64,000 bases of DNA from an uncultured delta proteobacterium (GCA_963840855.1 CAWJBB010000041.1:160001-224000); one strand, 5' to 3'. Counted from the first letter of the stretch, positions 11,077 through 23,706 are shown. Program-made: numbers and translations. Notes: generated from the letters alone by a model not told the origin.

Positions 11077-12258
11077 ATGGAAGGATTGATCAAAATTCAC
11101 GAGATGCTTCGAGTTATGGTGGATATCGATGCCTCTGATCTATATTTGACTGTGGCCAGGCCGCCCATGTATCGGATCAACGGACTCATCCAGCCCCGCG
11201 GCGACGACGTGCCATTCGTGCAGGCCGATCTGGATATTCTTGCCAACTCGATCATGAACGACTGGCAGCACAAGGAATTCGAAGCACAACACGAAATGAA
11301 CATGGCGATGGCGCTGCCTGGCATAAGCCGATTTCGTGTGAACATCTTTCGTCAGCGCGGCTCCGTCGGGTTGGTGATCCGGCGCATCAACGCCGTGGTG
11401 CCCACTCTAGAGGAGCTTGGGCTACCTTCGATCCTGGGAGAGATCGCCATGACCAAGCGGGGCCTGGTGCTGGTGGTTGGCGCCACGGGTTCGGGAAAAT
11501 CAACCAGTCAGGCGGCCATGGTCGATTATCGCAACAAGCGTGAACAGGGGCATATCATCACCATCGAAGACCCCATCGAATTCGTCCATTCGCACGATAA
11601 ATCGATCATCACCCAGCGCGAAGTCGGGTTCGACACTCATTCATTCGGCGCGGCGCTGAAAAATACTCTGCGCCAGGCGCCGGATGTCATTCTGGTCGGC
11701 GAAATCCGCGACACCGAAACTATGGAAGCGGCCATCACCTTCGCGGAGACCGGCCATCTGTGCTTGGGCACGTTGCATTCGAACAACGCCAACCAGGCCA
11801 TCGAGCGCGTGATGAACTTTTTTACCCATGAACGCCATGCCCAGATCTATCTTCAATTGTCGTTAAATTTGCGGGCCATCGTTTCCCAGCGGCTGATTCG
11901 CACCGTCGACGGCAAGCGCACCGCCGCGTTGGAAATAATGATGGACACTCCGTATATCAAAGACCTCATCAAACGCGGCGAGGTCGATACTATCAAAGAG
12001 GGCATGGAGCAGGGGGTCCAGGAAGGCTGCCAGACCTTCGACCAGGCCTTGTTCAGTCTCTATAAAGAGGGAAAGATCAGCCTGGAGCACGCGTTGATCA
12101 ACGCCGACAGCACCAACAACCTGAGACTCAAGATCAAGTTCGCGGGCCTCCAGTACGACCAGGAGCCGGAGATGTCAGATCAGGTAGGGCACGCAAACAG
12201 GCAGGCGGCGCAAGCGGCGGCAAGAGCCGCCAACGCGTTTCGCATCAAGAGATCCTAA
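11077..12258 (+). CDS. pilU: Type IV pilus ATPase PilU
   Basis: GATGSGKST, LKNTLRQAPDVILVGEIRD, FAETGHLC, QTFDQAL; follows pilT. Confidence 0.92.
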   Translation: MEGLIKIHEMLRVMVDIDASDLYLTVARPPMYRINGLIQPRGDDVPFVQADLDILANSIMNDWQHKEFEAQHEMNMAMALPGISRFRVNIFRQRGSVGLVIRRINAVVPTLEELGLPSILGEIAMTKRGLVLVVGATGSGKSTSQAAMVDYRNKREQGHIITIEDPIEFVHSHDKSIITQREVGFDTHSFGAALKNTLRQAPDVILVGEIRDTETMEAAITFAETGHLCLGTLHSNNANQAIERVMNFFTHERHAQIYLQLSLNLRAIVSQRLIRTVDGKRTAALEIMMDTPYIKDLIKRGEVDTIKEGMEQGVQEGCQTFDQALFSLYKEGKISLEHALINADSTNNLRLKIKFAGLQYDQEPEMSDQVGHANRQAAQAAARAANAFRIKRS

Positions 12259-12337
12259 GTTATTAGTAATGTGGACGTGCTCTGGCCAGATTTTCCGAGA
12301 GCCCTCGTTGTGATGGCGGTAGCCCAGCTTTGTAGAA

Positions 12338-12673
12338 TCATACCTGGAGCAGAACCCATGCTGTGACGATCGTCCCGACAATCGCTCCGCCATAGCACAG
12401 CACGGCAAGGAGCTTGTTTACGGGTTTGAGCCCCATATCATTCAGCGTGAAGTAGAAGCGATGGGCCCAGTGGTATAGGGGCAGAACGATCAGAACAAAA
12501 AGATAAAGCTTCACCCACCAGGCGCCATATAACGCCCCACTGTCGGTAATCCAGCCAAGCGGCACAGCAAAGCCAACGAGGATGATGTGAATGGGAACGA
12601 GGAATGCGGCGACTACGCCTCCTGCAGAGAAGAGTCCCCACCAAAAAGGTTCCGAGGTTTTTTCCGTGCTCAT
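12338..12673 (-). CDS. frdD: Fumarate reductase membrane anchor subunit D
   Basis: EPFWWGLFSAGG N-terminus, hydrophobic helices, HWAHR. Confidence 0.85.
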   Translation of the reverse strand: MSTEKTSEPFWWGLFSAGGVVAAFLVPIHIILVGFAVPLGWITDSGALYGAWWVKLYLFVLIVLPLYHWAHRFYFTLNDMGLKPVNKLLAVLCYGGAIVGTIVTAWVLLQV

Positions 12674-12676
12674 CTT

Positions 12677-13090
12677 TCAACCTTTAAGCGCGAGAAACAA
12701 GATCAAAACTGCCAGTGAGACCACGGCCCAGGCGCCAACATGCAGCGCCATGACGAATGGCCGGGGGATCAAACGCTCGCCGATACGTAGCTGCAAAACA
12801 ACCGCACTCGATTGAAACCACGTAACGCTGTGGTACAAGGCGAACAGCAGAGCCACCAGGTGAAAAAGTACCCACCCCGGCGAGCTGAGCTTTCCCGCGA
12901 ATGCGATGTAAGCTTGGGGCCCTTGGGTCAATTGATATATCTGGCAAAGGTAGACAATGAGGAAGATAGCAATAAATACGCTCGAAAGCTCGCGCAGCAT
13001 GAACAGAAAGTAACTCTGCTTCTTCAGCCACCAGGTGGCCGGCATTTTCCGGTGGTAGAGCTTGGATGGCTCAGGTCGCGTTACGCTCAT
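12677..13090 (-). CDS. frdC: Fumarate reductase membrane anchor subunit C
   Basis: YHRKMPATWW..YFLFMLRELSS, HSVTWF. Confidence 0.88.
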   Translation of the reverse strand: MSVTRPEPSKLYHRKMPATWWLKKQSYFLFMLRELSSVFIAIFLIVYLCQIYQLTQGPQAYIAFAGKLSSPGWVLFHLVALLFALYHSVTWFQSSAVVLQLRIGERLIPRPFVMALHVGAWAVVSLAVLILFLALKG

Positions 13091-13133
13091 CCTTCGATCC
13101 TCCGCTGGATGACCCTGAGCTCAGTCAAACCGG

Positions 13134-13877
13134 TCATCGCTGCCCCCAAGGCATCAGGATCGACTGAAACCAGTTTTTCGTGGTATCCACCTTGGAGCGC
13201 TGGATCGCCGCGGCCGGATCCACATGCTTCGGACAAACAACGCTGCATTCTCCGACAAATGTGCAATCCCAGATGCCGTCGTGGTTGCCGATAATTTCGC
13301 GTTGATCTTTTCCTTGATCGCGCGAGTCCATGTTGTAGCGGTAGCCAAGCGCAATGGCGGCCGGGCCCAAAAACTTCGGCTCCAGCCCATAGACCGGACA
13401 AGCGGAGTAGCAAAGCATGCAGTTAATGCACTGGGTAAATTGATGGAACTCCTCGAGCTCCGCTGGCGTCTGTAGATACTCTCCTTGACTCACGGGTTTT
13501 TCGTCCCTGCGGATAATCCAGGGTTTCACGCTTTTCAGCTTGTCCATGAAGTCACTCATATCAATGACGAGATCGCGGATGATCGGAAAATTGACCAGAG
13601 GCTCGACGCGAATCGCCTGCGGATAATAGTCGCGCAGAAATGCAGCGCAGGTTAGCTTCGGCACGCCATTGACCATCATGCCGCAACTGCCGCAGACGCC
13701 CATGCGACAGGACCAGCGGTAGCTCAGCGTGCCGTCAATCTGGTCTTTGATGTGATTTAGCGCATCGAGAACGACCCAATCTTGCTTGAACGGGACCGTG
13801 TAAGCTTGGGTTGTCGGAGCATGATCTTGCCCAGGGCGATAGCGGGTAACATTCAATGTGATGGTTGGCTCTGCCAT
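13134..13877 (-). CDS. frdB: Fumarate reductase iron-sulfur subunit
   Basis: [11 protein letters not shown] (2Fe-2S), [12 protein letters not shown] (4Fe-4S), [12 protein letters not shown] (3Fe-4S). Confidence 0.93.
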   Translation of the reverse strand: MAEPTITLNVTRYRPGQDHAPTTQAYTVPFKQDWVVLDALNHIKDQIDGTLSYRWSCRMGVCGSCGMMVNGVPKLTCAAFLRDYYPQAIRVEPLVNFPIIRDLVIDMSDFMDKLKSVKPWIIRRDEKPVSQGEYLQTPAELEEFHQFTQCINCMLCYSACPVYGLEPKFLGPAAIALGYRYNMDSRDQGKDQREIIGNHDGIWDCTFVGECSVVCPKHVDPAAAIQRSKVDTTKNWFQSILMPWGQR

Positions 13878-13953
13878 TGTCTCCTCGTTCTAGCGGTTTC
13901 GCGTTACGACCCGGGATCCGAGTTCTCACGACACCTCGCCCAACGCGCATCGG

Positions 13954-15684
13954 CTAATATTTTCTCTCCTCGGGTGGCCAGCGCGTGATGGTCACGGGCA
14001 GGTATTCGATTCTCGGCCCGTCCGCCGTCCGGTAAGCCAGAGTATGCTTGAGGAAATTCTCATCGTCGCGTTTAGGGAAGTCCGTTCGAGTGTGTGAACC
14101 ACGCGACTCTTTTCGCTTCAACGCAGAATTTGCAATGGTCTCGGCCACGTCGAGCATGAAATCGAGCTCAAGCGCGTTCATGACTTCTGTGTTAAAGGTG
14201 CTGCCGCGGTCTTCAATGATGACGTTATTGAAACGCTCTCTAAGGGTTCTTAACGTGTTGCAAGCCTGCTGCATGCTTTGTTCGTCGCGATAGATTCCCG
14301 CGCCATCCTCCATTGCTTTTTGCATGTCTTGGCGAATGGTCGCAATTCTCTCCTTGCCACCATCCTTCTTCAAGAACTGGCGATCAAGACGCTGTTGTTC
14401 GTCCTTCGCCAGCGCCAGCAGTGTTGCTGACGAGGGCGGGGAAATGGAGGCGGCGTAGGCCGCCGCTGCGCGGCCCGCCCGATTGCCGAAGACCAATAGC
14501 TCGGTCAGGGAGTTGGAACCCAACCGGTTGGCGCCGTTTAGCGAAACGCAGGCGGTTTCTCCGGCGGCATAGAGTCCCGGCAAATTTGTCTTGGCATCGA
14601 TATCCGTCGAGATGCCGCCCATCATGTAATGCACGACGGGGCGCACCGGAATCGGCTCATAAACGGGGTCTATCCCGACGTACTTGCTTGCCAATTCGCG
14701 CACGAACGGCAATTTCTTGTTGATGACTTCCTCGCCGAGATGGCGCAGGTCGAGGTGAACGTAATGGCCGTACGGACCCTCGAAGGTTCGCCCTTTGGCC
14801 AGTTCCTGCATGTGACAGCGCGAAAGAATGTCACGCGGACCTAACTCCATCTTGCGGTGGGTGGGCGTATCCGTCGGCGGCCCAAGCCCGTAGTCCTGGA
14901 GGTAGCGGTACCCGTCTTTGTTTTTTAGCCAACCGCCTTCACCCCGCGACGCTTCGGTAATCAAAATGCCGGTTCCTGGTAGGCCAGTGGGATGGTATTG
15001 AACGAACTCCATGTCTTTCAGCGCGACCCCCGCTCGATAGGCCACCGCCATGCCGTCCCCGGTATTGATGGCGGCGTTGGTGGTGAAAGGGAAGACACGG
15101 CCACCGCCGCCGGTGCAGAAAATAACCGCTTTCCCGGCGATCACTTCGACTTGGCCGGTATAGAGATTGATCGACGTGACCCCGCGCACCTTTCCATCGT
15201 CGACCAATAATGCGGTGAGGAAGCATTCATCATAGCGGATGATATTGTCGTACTTCAAAGAAGTCTGAAACAGGGTGTGGAGCAAGTGAAAGCCAGTTTT
15301 GTCCGCGGCAAAGAGCGTGCGATCAACGGTCATGCCACCGAAGGACCTGACGCTCACGCGACCGTCAGGATCGCGGCTCCAGGGACAACCCCAATGTTCC
15401 AACTGGATGAGTTCACCAGGCGCTTCCTTCACGAAAGCTTCGACCGCACCTTGGTCGGCCAAGAAGTCGGCGCCGAAAATGGTGTCCTTCGCATGCAGAT
15501 CGAGGCTATCGAAGTCACGCATCACCGCCGCGGTACCGCCCTCGGCGGAGACCGTGTGGCTTCTCATGGGATAGACTTTGGAGACTAATGCGATCGACAG
15601 CTTGCTCGATACCTCCGCTGCCGCGATCGCGGCGCGCAGGCCAGCACCACCGCCACCGATGATAACAAGGTCATGAGTATACAT
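13954..15684 (-). CDS. frdA: Fumarate reductase/succinate dehydrogenase flavoprotein subunit
   Basis: [15 protein letters not shown] (covalent FAD His), [30 protein letters not shown]. Confidence 0.93.
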   Translation of the reverse strand: MYTHDLVIIGGGGAGLRAAIAAAEVSSKLSIALVSKVYPMRSHTVSAEGGTAAVMRDFDSLDLHAKDTIFGADFLADQGAVEAFVKEAPGELIQLEHWGCPWSRDPDGRVSVRSFGGMTVDRTLFAADKTGFHLLHTLFQTSLKYDNIIRYDECFLTALLVDDGKVRGVTSINLYTGQVEVIAGKAVIFCTGGGGRVFPFTTNAAINTGDGMAVAYRAGVALKDMEFVQYHPTGLPGTGILITEASRGEGGWLKNKDGYRYLQDYGLGPPTDTPTHRKMELGPRDILSRCHMQELAKGRTFEGPYGHYVHLDLRHLGEEVINKKLPFVRELASKYVGIDPVYEPIPVRPVVHYMMGGISTDIDAKTNLPGLYAAGETACVSLNGANRLGSNSLTELLVFGNRAGRAAAAYAASISPPSSATLLALAKDEQQRLDRQFLKKDGGKERIATIRQDMQKAMEDGAGIYRDEQSMQQACNTLRTLRERFNNVIIEDRGSTFNTEVMNALELDFMLDVAETIANSALKRKESRGSHTRTDFPKRDDENFLKHTLAYRTADGPRIEYLPVTITRWPPEERKY

Positions 15685-15780
15685 CGTGAAATTTCTTATA
15701 TGCTGCTATGCTGGGAGTCAAGACTGCTGTGGAACTTCTCGTTAGCGAGAACTGAATTGGCGCGGGATGGGGAGCGGCCC

Positions 15781-15984
15781 TTACTTAGTTTTCTTGACGA
15801 TTTGATATCCGAGTTCCTGAATGGCAGAGACGATATCGGCGACGGCGGTGAGGTCGTGGATCTCGGCGTGGCCCATGCGCAGCTTCACCGCGTAATTATA
15901 ACCATAAGGATGTTTTTCCTTGCGAAACTTGAGAATCTCCTGCGCCAGTGCGAGGAAATTCGCCTGTGGCTCCTCATTTTCCAT
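15781..15984 (-). CDS. Small hypothetical protein
   Basis: ATG at 15984 (MENEEPQANF...), same strand as the flanking operons; no recognised motif. Confidence 0.55.
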   Translation of the reverse strand: MENEEPQANFLALAQEILKFRKEKHPYGYNYAVKLRMGHAEIHDLTAVADIVSAIQELGYQIVKKTK

Positions 15985-15998
15985 ACCAATGGGGATAA

Positions 15999-16077
15999 GG
16001 AATATTGGAGTGCTGGAGCGTTGAGGCAAGAGGAATGTTGTTCCCCTTACGCGTTACTCCACCACTCCACGACTCCA
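15999..16077. repeat. Inverted array of 8-bp-periodic GGAGT.. / ..ACTCC units
   Basis: GGAATATT GGAGTGCT GGAGCGTT followed by TTACTCC ACCACTCC ACGACTCC; related units at about 24231 and 25957. Confidence 0.65.
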
Positions 16078-16090
16078 ATGCTCGCTTCTT

Positions 16091-16972
16091 CTACGTGAGC
16101 ATCTCCACTTTTGTTTCCACTGGCTTGGTCGAAACAATGTGGCGTTTGAGGTTCATTTCTTCCGGGTCGAAGCCCAGGGCCAGGCCGACGAACTGCGGCA
16201 AATGCAGAATCGGCAGGTTAATTTCTTGCCCGGTTTGCGCTTCCGCTCGCGACTGGTTCCCGTCGAGATTGAGATGACAAAGCGGACAGGGTGTCACCAT
16301 AAAATCGGCGCCCTTTTCTTTGGACTCGCCGGTGTGTTTCGCTACCATCGCAAGAGAGTTTTCCTCGTTCGCCGACAGAATCGGAAATCCACAGCACTTT
16401 CCTTTACCGCTAATATCGGCCAGTTCGGCGCCCACGATGCCGATGATCTGATCCAGATAACCCTTTCGCGCGTTGGATTCTTTGGTCGGAGTGATCGCTT
16501 CCGCCGGTCGACGGAGAAAGCAACCGTAAAATGGCGAGACTTTCAGCCCTGTAAGCGGCCTGCGGATTAACGATTTGAGACGGTCAATCCCATAATCCTC
16601 AAACAGCACCCAAAGCAGGTGTTTGACCTCGGTTGTGCCTTTATATTCGAGTCCCTCTTCGGCAAGATACTCTTTATTGATTTTTGCCCGGTACTCCGGG
16701 TCGCTGGTGAGCCGGTAATTGGCTTGCGCCAGAACGCCCTGGCAGGTGCTGCATATAGTCATCATCGGCAGACCCAGCTTCTCCGCCTTTGCCAAGGTCC
16801 GCGCGTTGATGGGGTCGGAAAGATACTGTGGCAAGACCCCCGCGCCGGTGCATGCCACATCTTTCATCTCTTCGATCTCGATGTTGAGTTTGTCCGCCAC
16901 CTTGACAGACGACGGAAACAGTTCGGGGCAACCGCCTTTAGAAACGCATCCGGGATAAAACGCGTACTTCAT
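16091..16972 (-). CDS. CCG-domain HdrB-like subunit (SdhE-type anchor of a succinate dehydrogenase/fumarate reductase)
   Basis: [47 protein letters not shown]. Confidence 0.88.
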   Translation of the reverse strand: MKYAFYPGCVSKGGCPELFPSSVKVADKLNIEIEEMKDVACTGAGVLPQYLSDPINARTLAKAEKLGLPMMTICSTCQGVLAQANYRLTSDPEYRAKINKEYLAEEGLEYKGTTEVKHLLWVLFEDYGIDRLKSLIRRPLTGLKVSPFYGCFLRRPAEAITPTKESNARKGYLDQIIGIVGAELADISGKGKCCGFPILSANEENSLAMVAKHTGESKEKGADFMVTPCPLCHLNLDGNQSRAEAQTGQEINLPILHLPQFVGLALGFDPEEMNLKRHIVSTKPVETKVEMLT

Positions 16973-17928
16973 TTTTTCTCCGCCTCTCCTTTCTCGAAAA
17001 TCCTTTTAATTTGTTCAGCTCCCGGCCTCTTGGAATGCATGTAGGGGATGGGCGCCTTGCCCCTTACCATGGCTTTAGCGGCCGTGGGCAAAAGCTTCAT
17101 GAGACCTGAAACATTGGTAAGACCTTCCGACTCCACCGCGAGCCTCCCCTCGTCCAACCAGCCGCTTTCCTTGACTGACGCGGCAAAACTTTGATGATGG
17201 CGCGCGACCTTGTCATTGGTGATGCCAGCTCGGAAGGCCTCGTCTCTTATGGCGATAATGCGCTTGGTGGGCTCGATTCCTCTAGGGCAGTGTTCGTCGG
17301 CCTCATAACAATGAACACAGTCCCAAACTCCTTTCGGTCCTTCGAGGATTTTCATTCGCTCCTTGTGGTCTTTCTCTTTAGGATCGAAGACAAAACGGTA
17401 AGCTTTGGTGAGGGCGGCGGGACCGAGGAAGTTGAAATCCACCGGTAAAACCGAGCACCCTTCATCGCACATACCACAGTGATAACAGCTCATGACTTTT
17501 CGCAAATCCTTAAGCGGTGCGTCCGGGATGATATTTTCACCGTCGGCAGCCGTCTCGCTGGCATCGAGCCAGGGTTTGGTGGCCCGGATCTTATTCCACA
17601 TGAAGGCGTCCCAGTCGAAAACCAGATCCTTGATGACCGGCACGTTGCGCAGCGGATCGAGGGAGATCTCAGGCCCCTTTTGGGTGTAGGCAGAGACTTT
17701 GGCCGTGCAGGTCAAACGGCTACTGCCGTTAACGCGAACCATGCAGTCGCCGCAGTGACCCCGGAGGCAGGAACAGCGAAACGCCAGGCTGCTGTCCATT
17801 TCATCGCGAATTTTGAACAGCGCTTCGAGAACCGTGGCGCCGTCGGGCACCTCGACAGTGTAATTGGAACGGCCTGGCTTGCCGTCCTTTTCCGGATCCT
17901 TGCGGTAAACCTTGAATGTTACTTCCAT
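16969..17928 (-). CDS. sdhB: Succinate dehydrogenase/fumarate reductase iron-sulfur subunit with C-terminal extension
   Basis: [34 protein letters not shown]; lies between flavoprotein and CCG genes. Confidence 0.85.
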   Translation of the reverse strand: MEVTFKVYRKDPEKDGKPGRSNYTVEVPDGATVLEALFKIRDEMDSSLAFRCSCLRGHCGDCMVRVNGSSRLTCTAKVSAYTQKGPEISLDPLRNVPVIKDLVFDWDAFMWNKIRATKPWLDASETAADGENIIPDAPLKDLRKVMSCYHCGMCDEGCSVLPVDFNFLGPAALTKAYRFVFDPKEKDHKERMKILEGPKGVWDCVHCYEADEHCPRGIEPTKRIIAIRDEAFRAGITNDKVARHHQSFAASVKESGWLDEGRLAVESEGLTNVSGLMKLLPTAAKAMVRGKAPIPYMHSKRPGAEQIKRIFEKGEAEKK

Positions 17929-17955
17929 GACTATTCCCTCCTACGATCGCCGATT

Positions 17956-19574
17956 TTAATTCGCGACCGGCTTTTTCTCGATTTGCGCTGCACCCTGTGA
18001 AAGTCTCGCAACGGTATGGTTCTTCCAATTCCCGTCGTCGGCTGCGGGAAAATCTTTTCGATAGTGCGCGCCGCGGCTTTCCTTACGAGCTTGCGCCGAG
18101 AGCGCCACCACTTCCGCAAGGGTAAGCATTGCTCCGACTTCAAAATGGCTGGTCAGCTCATAATTGTAAATCTTCGACGGGTTCCTAACGCGCAGCCTGC
18201 GATGCCGCTCTTGCAGTTTCTTGATGCCGTCAAGCGCCGCCTGCAATCCCCCCGCGTCGCGCGCGAGACCGACCTTTTCGTTCATCAAATGCCCGACTTC
18301 GGCTTGCACGTTGCCCAAGGAGTCGCCGGCAGCGTCTGCTGAGGCGAGCGCGGCAAGCTTTTTTTCTTCCTCCGCGAGCTTGGCCGCGGGAAAGCTCTTT
18401 TTGGCGGCGGATTTTGCGTAGGCGGCGGCCGCCTCGCCGACCTTTTTACCGAATACTACCGCTTCGGCTAGAGTGTTACCGGCCAGACGGCCGGCCCCGT
18501 TAAGCCCATTGCAGGCGCATTCGCCGACGGCGAACAGGCCGGCCAGCGAGGTTTCACCTGAAGCCTTGGTCTCGATGCCACCCATCGGACGATGGGCGAC
18601 AGGATGAATTGGAATCAAGTCTTTCGTGCAATCCAGGCCGGCCACGGAGCGGAGCAGCTCGTGAGTCTGGGGGAAGAGGGAAAGAATATTCTCCTTGCCC
18701 ATGGGTTTCAGATCGAGGCAGGTAGAGCCATCGCCGTTTTGCGCTGCCGCGACGATCGCCAGGCAAAGTTTATCCCTCGGCGCGCCCTTGGTTATTTGAA
18801 TCGCCGCTCCCTGCCGGTTGACGATCTGCGCTCCTCCGCCCAAGGTGGCTTCGGTGATCAGCAGGCTTTGCCCCTTGGGAAATACCGTGGGATGAAACTG
18901 GACCATTTCCATATCCACCAACGTCGCGCCGGACTGGTAGGCAAGGGCCTGACCGTCGCCGGTTGTGCCGACGGAGACGGTGGAAGGAAAATACATCCGC
19001 GTGAAACCGCCGGTGGCAAGTATCACGGCCCGCGCAGCGAAAGAATCGAGCTTGCCCGATCTGAGGCCGAGGGCGACGGCTCCGAGACAAGCCCCGCCGT
19101 CGACGGCTAGCGAAGTGGCGAACCATTCTTCGAACCGCGTAATACCCTCGCGCTGGAATTGCTCGTACAGTACTTGGAGGACGATGTGGCCGGTCCGATC
19201 ATCGGCGAAGCAGCTACGGCTCCGGCTATTGGAGCCGAAAGCGCGGCGATCGAGCCGTCCTTCCTTGTCACGATTGAAAGGAACACCCATGCGGTCGAGC
19301 CAGATGACTTCCCGCGCCGCCTCTTCGGCGAAGCTCTGCACCACCGACCGCTCGCACAATCCATCTCCCGCAGCGAGGATGTCCTGGGCAAAAGCCTCTG
19401 GAGAGTCGTCCTTCCCCAGCGGGGCGTTAATCCCTCCCTGGGCGATGCCTGAGTTGGATTTCAGCGGATGGTTTTTTGAAATCAGCGCCACCGAAGCGCC
19501 GCGCGCTTTGCGGCGATGGCCGCTCTTAGTCCTGAAACTCCGCCACCAATGACGACGACATCGAATTCTGGCAT
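17956..19574 (-). CDS. sdhA: Succinate dehydrogenase/fumarate reductase flavoprotein subunit, second copy; single frameshift near 19500
   Basis: ATG at 19574 gives [23 protein letters not shown], continuing after a one-base shift into the 511-aa ORF (AQGGINA, QFHPT, ESRGAH). Confidence 0.85.
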
Positions 19575-19756
19575 CTGAGCTCCGTTTATCTGTTGTGCTT
19601 CGGACTTATAACAAATGGCTATATGGGGGTCAAGGAAACGTCCTGATATGTTTTTAGTTGGAAGGGAACTTAGGCGATGATATTGTTACCATTTAGCATG
19701 AAGACAAGCATCATTGACAACAAGAGATAGGGTTGATCGTGACCGCCGATATCCTC

Positions 19757-20434
19757 ATGCAATCTCTTAATCAGCTCAACAAGGCTATAGTAGAATGTCA
19801 CAAGTGCCCGCGTTTAGTCCGTTGGCGCCAGGCATGCGCCAAAAAGCCACCGCGGCGTTACGCTGGGGGAAAATATTGGGCCAAGCCTCTGCCTGGCTTC
19901 GGCGATCCCCAGGCGCGGCTCCTGATTGTCGGACTCGCGCCCGCGGCGCATGGTGGTAACCGCACCGGCAGAATGTTTACCGGCGACCGCAGCGGCGATT
20001 GGCTATATGGAGCGCTTTATGCCGCGGATTTTGCGAACCAGCCGAATTCGGAACATCCCGGCGACGGTCTCAAACTTCGAGATTGCTACATCTCGGCGGC
20101 GGTGCGCTGCGCGCCGCCGGACAACAAGCCCAATAGTTTGGAATTTGCGCGCTGCCGCCCTTATCTGGTCGAAGAGCTAAAGCTCTTCGAGAATGTTCGC
20201 GTCGTAATCGTCCTCGGCAAGATCGCCTTCGATTCATTTCTTGCCGCGTACCGGGAAAACGGCGGCGCAGTTTCCAAGCCGACGCCAAAATTCGGCCATG
20301 GCGTCTCGGTCGTGTTGCCGGACGGCATCCAGCTCATATGCTCGTATCACCCGAGTCAGCAGAACACGTTCACTGGCAGGCTAACCCAGCCGATGTTTCA
20401 GGCAATCTTCGACCGGGCTAAAGCGGCCTTGTAG
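19757..20434 (+). CDS. Uracil-DNA glycosylase, family 5 (UDGb)
   Basis: CHKCPRL, GLAPAAHGGNRTGRMFTGDRSG, RCAPPDNKP, YHPSQQN. Confidence 0.92.
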   Translation: MQSLNQLNKAIVECHKCPRLVRWRQACAKKPPRRYAGGKYWAKPLPGFGDPQARLLIVGLAPAAHGGNRTGRMFTGDRSGDWLYGALYAADFANQPNSEHPGDGLKLRDCYISAAVRCAPPDNKPNSLEFARCRPYLVEELKLFENVRVVIVLGKIAFDSFLAAYRENGGAVSKPTPKFGHGVSVVLPDGIQLICSYHPSQQNTFTGRLTQPMFQAIFDRAKAAL

Positions 20435-20488
20435 GTTTCCTGCCGCGCTGGTCGTGGCGGGGGCTTGGTGTTACCTATGGGGCAAGCG

Positions 20489-20548
20489 GTTCAAAGTTCA
20501 AGACCGTAGGCAGTTCAATGTTCAACGGTTCTAAGTTCAAAGTTGACC
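20489..20548 (+). repeat. Intergenic run of GTTCAA units with about 7-bp spacing
   Basis: GTTCAA at 20489, 20496, 20513, 20520, 20535; GTTCTA at 20528. Confidence 0.6.
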
Positions 20549-20581
20549 GCAAATCAAATGCCGCGTCTCGGGAGCAAAATC

Positions 20582-23468
20582 ATGAGCAATTCATCGAGTA
20601 GAGACTACTTTGAAATTGAAGCGGAGCTTAAGAAACGCGTCGAAGGGGACATTCTTTTCGACGGTTACTCGCGCTTGCTTTACTCCACGGATGCGTCGAT
20701 CTATCAGATCGAACCCATCGGCGTAGTCGTGCCGCGCCACAAGGGTGACGTGCAGGCGGTCATCGAGCTCGCCAATAAGTTGAATGTGTCCGTCTTGCCG
20801 CGGGGCGGCGGGACTTCGCTGGCGGGGCAAACGGTGGGCCACTCCATCGTTTTGGACTTCTCCAAGTACATGCAGAACGTACTCGAGGTTAACAAGGAAG
20901 AGCTCTGGTGCCGGGTCCAGCCGGGATTGGTGCAGGACGAACTGAACGCTTATGTCCGCGGCATGGGGCTGCAATTCGGCCCCGACACCTCGACTTCCAA
21001 TCGCGCCACCATCGGCGGCATGATCGGCAACAACTCCGCCGGAGCCCACTCACTGACTTACGGAAAAACCCTCGACCATGCCATCGAGCTGACGGTGCTT
21101 TTGTCGGACGGGAGCGAAGCGGTGCTAAAGGATCTCTCGCCAGCAAGCAGTGGAAAGCAGAGGCCGGGTGGACACCGTCGAGGGCAGGGCGTACCGCGAG
21201 GTATTGCGCTTAGCCGAGCAGCATAAGAACGAGATTCTGGCGCGCTATCCGAAAATCATGCGGCGGGTGTCGGGGTACAATCTCGATGAATTCATCAAGG
21301 CCCAGCCGTGCAATCTTTCGCGCATCGTCGTCGGCTCCGAGGGAACCTTGGCCACGGTGGTCGAGGCCAAGATGCGGTTGGTGCCCAAACCGAAGTGGAC
21401 GGCCATGGACGTTATTCACTTCAACGACGACATCGAAGCGCTCCAGTGCGCGCAAGTGATTTTGCAAACGGCCCCCTACGCCATGGAATCCACCGATAAG
21501 ATGATTCTCAATCTTGCGCGCGGCAACATCGTGCAGTCGAGAAGATTGAGTTTCGTGCAGGGGAATCCCGATTCTCTCCTGATGGTGGAGTACGCGGGGG
21601 AAAGCGAAGACGAAGTCAAAGAGCAGATCTACAAACTGGAGGAAATTCGCAAGCGAGAAAACATCGGCTACGCCGCGACCCTCGCTTTCAAGCCGGAGGA
21701 AGTGAAAGCCATCTGGGGCCTGCGCAAGGCCGGACTCGGCTTGCTTCTGGGCACCACCGGCGACAAGAAACCCATCGCTTTTGTCGAAGACGCCGCGGTC
21801 GCGCCGGCAAAGCTCCCTGAGTTCATCAAACGTTTCAAAAGCATTGTTAGCGGTCACGACGCCGTGGCCGGCTATTATGGCCACTGCTCCGTGGGCTGCA
21901 TGCACATTCGCCCGCTCATCAACCTCAAGGAAATGAGCGAAATGCATAAAATGGTTTCAATCGCAGAGCAGGTTTGTGACCTCGTCCTCGAGTTTAACGG
22001 CGCGATGTCGGGCGAGCATGGCGACGGCTTGGCGCGGAGCCATTTTAACAAGAAACTCTTCGGCCCGGCGCTGTACGACGCGTTTCGTCAGGTGAAACGC
22101 GCCTTCGATCCGAAAAATTTAATGAATCCCGGCAAGATCGTCGATGCGCCGGGCATGACGGAATCGCTCAAGATCAGCCCGCAATACAAAACTTGGCAGC
22201 CGCAAACAACGCTGGACTTCAGCGCGCAAGGTGGCTTCGTGCGCGCGGTCGAAATGTGCAGCGGCATGGGCGAATGCCGCAAGAAGCTCGACGGCACCAT
22301 GTGCCCGTCCTATATGGGCACCCTCGACGAAGAGCACTCGACGCGGGGACGCGCTAACGCCCTGCGCTCCGTGCTTTCGGGAAAAATTCCGAAAGAGGAA
22401 TTCACCGGCAAACGACTATATGAGGTCATGGATCTTTGTCTCGAATGCAAAGCGTGCAAAGCCGAGTGCCCGTCCAACGTCGATATGGCCAAGCTCAAAT
22501 ACGAATTTTTGGACCACTACCACCGAGCCAACGGCCTGCCGCTGCGCAATAAAATTTTTGGCGCCATTGAGGCGGTCAACCAGCTTGGCTCGATCCTCGC
22601 GCCTCTATCCAATTGGCTGGTGAATACGTCACTGAACCGCTGGCTGATGGAAGCTTTTACGGGCATCGACCGCCGCCGGCCATTGCCCGAGTTCGCCGGC
22701 GAAACTTTCGCGGACTGGTTCCGGAGTCATCAGCCCGAAGGTGATGGCTCAAATGGCGACGTCGTGTTGTTTCACGACACCTTCAACAATTTTAACACCC
22801 CAAACGTCGCCAGAGCCGCGACGCGTTTTCTGGAAAAATCCGGCTACCGAGTATTGTTGGTCGACAAAAAGTGCTGCGGTCGGCCGATGATTTCGAAAGG
22901 GATGCTCGGCCAGGCGAAAGAAAACGCCCACTGGAACGTAAACCGCCTTACGCCCTATGCTGAGAAGGGGACGCCAATCGTTGGCCTGGAGCCTTCATGC
23001 TTGTTGACGCTGCGCGACGAATATCCGGAGTTCCTCCGCACCAACATCGCCAAGAAAGTCGCCGAGAACAGCTTTCTCTTTGAAGAGTTCGTTATGCGCG
23101 AGCAGGGAGCCGGCCGCATAAAACTTGAGAGCAAAAGCCAGACCGGAAAGGTTTTACTGCATGGCCACTGCCATCAAAAGGCGCTTGTCGGTACAGCCCC
23201 GACGGTCAGCATGTTAAAAGCCGCCGGCTTTGACGTAAGTGAAGTTGACTCCGGCTGCTGCGGTATGGCTGGCTCCTTCGGCTTTGAGAAAGAACATTAC
23301 GATCTATCGGTAACCATCGGCAATCGCCGCCTCGCGCCGGCGGTCAAAGCCGCAGCTCCCGAGGTTGAGATCGTCGCGCCCGGTATTTCTTGCCGCCAGC
23401 AGATTGACCATCTAGCAGGAAGGAAGGCGAAGCACCCGGCCGAGTTATTGTGCGACAGCGTCAAATAA
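20582..23468 (+). CDS. FAD-linked oxidase with Fe-S/CCG domains (YdiJ / GlcD-GlcF fusion type); frameshift near 21145
   Basis: N-terminal FAD_binding_4 (YSTDAS, PRGGGTSLAGQ, GGMIGNN) and second ORF (GSEGTL, SGEHGDG, CLECKACKAECP, CCGMAGSFG) are consecutive parts of one protein. Confidence 0.88.
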
Positions 23469-23706
23469 CTCCGCGCTCCCAGCGCGCATCGGTCGTGGGC
23501 GTAGGCGAAATAACGACATTGTGTCAATTGAGGCGCACTGCGTGGCAGTGGGTGACCGAGGATCCCGCCGCCGAATTCGGTGAGATTCCCTCAGAACCAA
23601 TCCGTAACGAATTGAACTCCACGGGTTTGCCGCGGCGTCGGGGATTGTTAGGGTCTGGAGCGACGGCCCCGGTTGGCGCGGTGACGATTCATGTTAGAAT
23701 GCGCCT

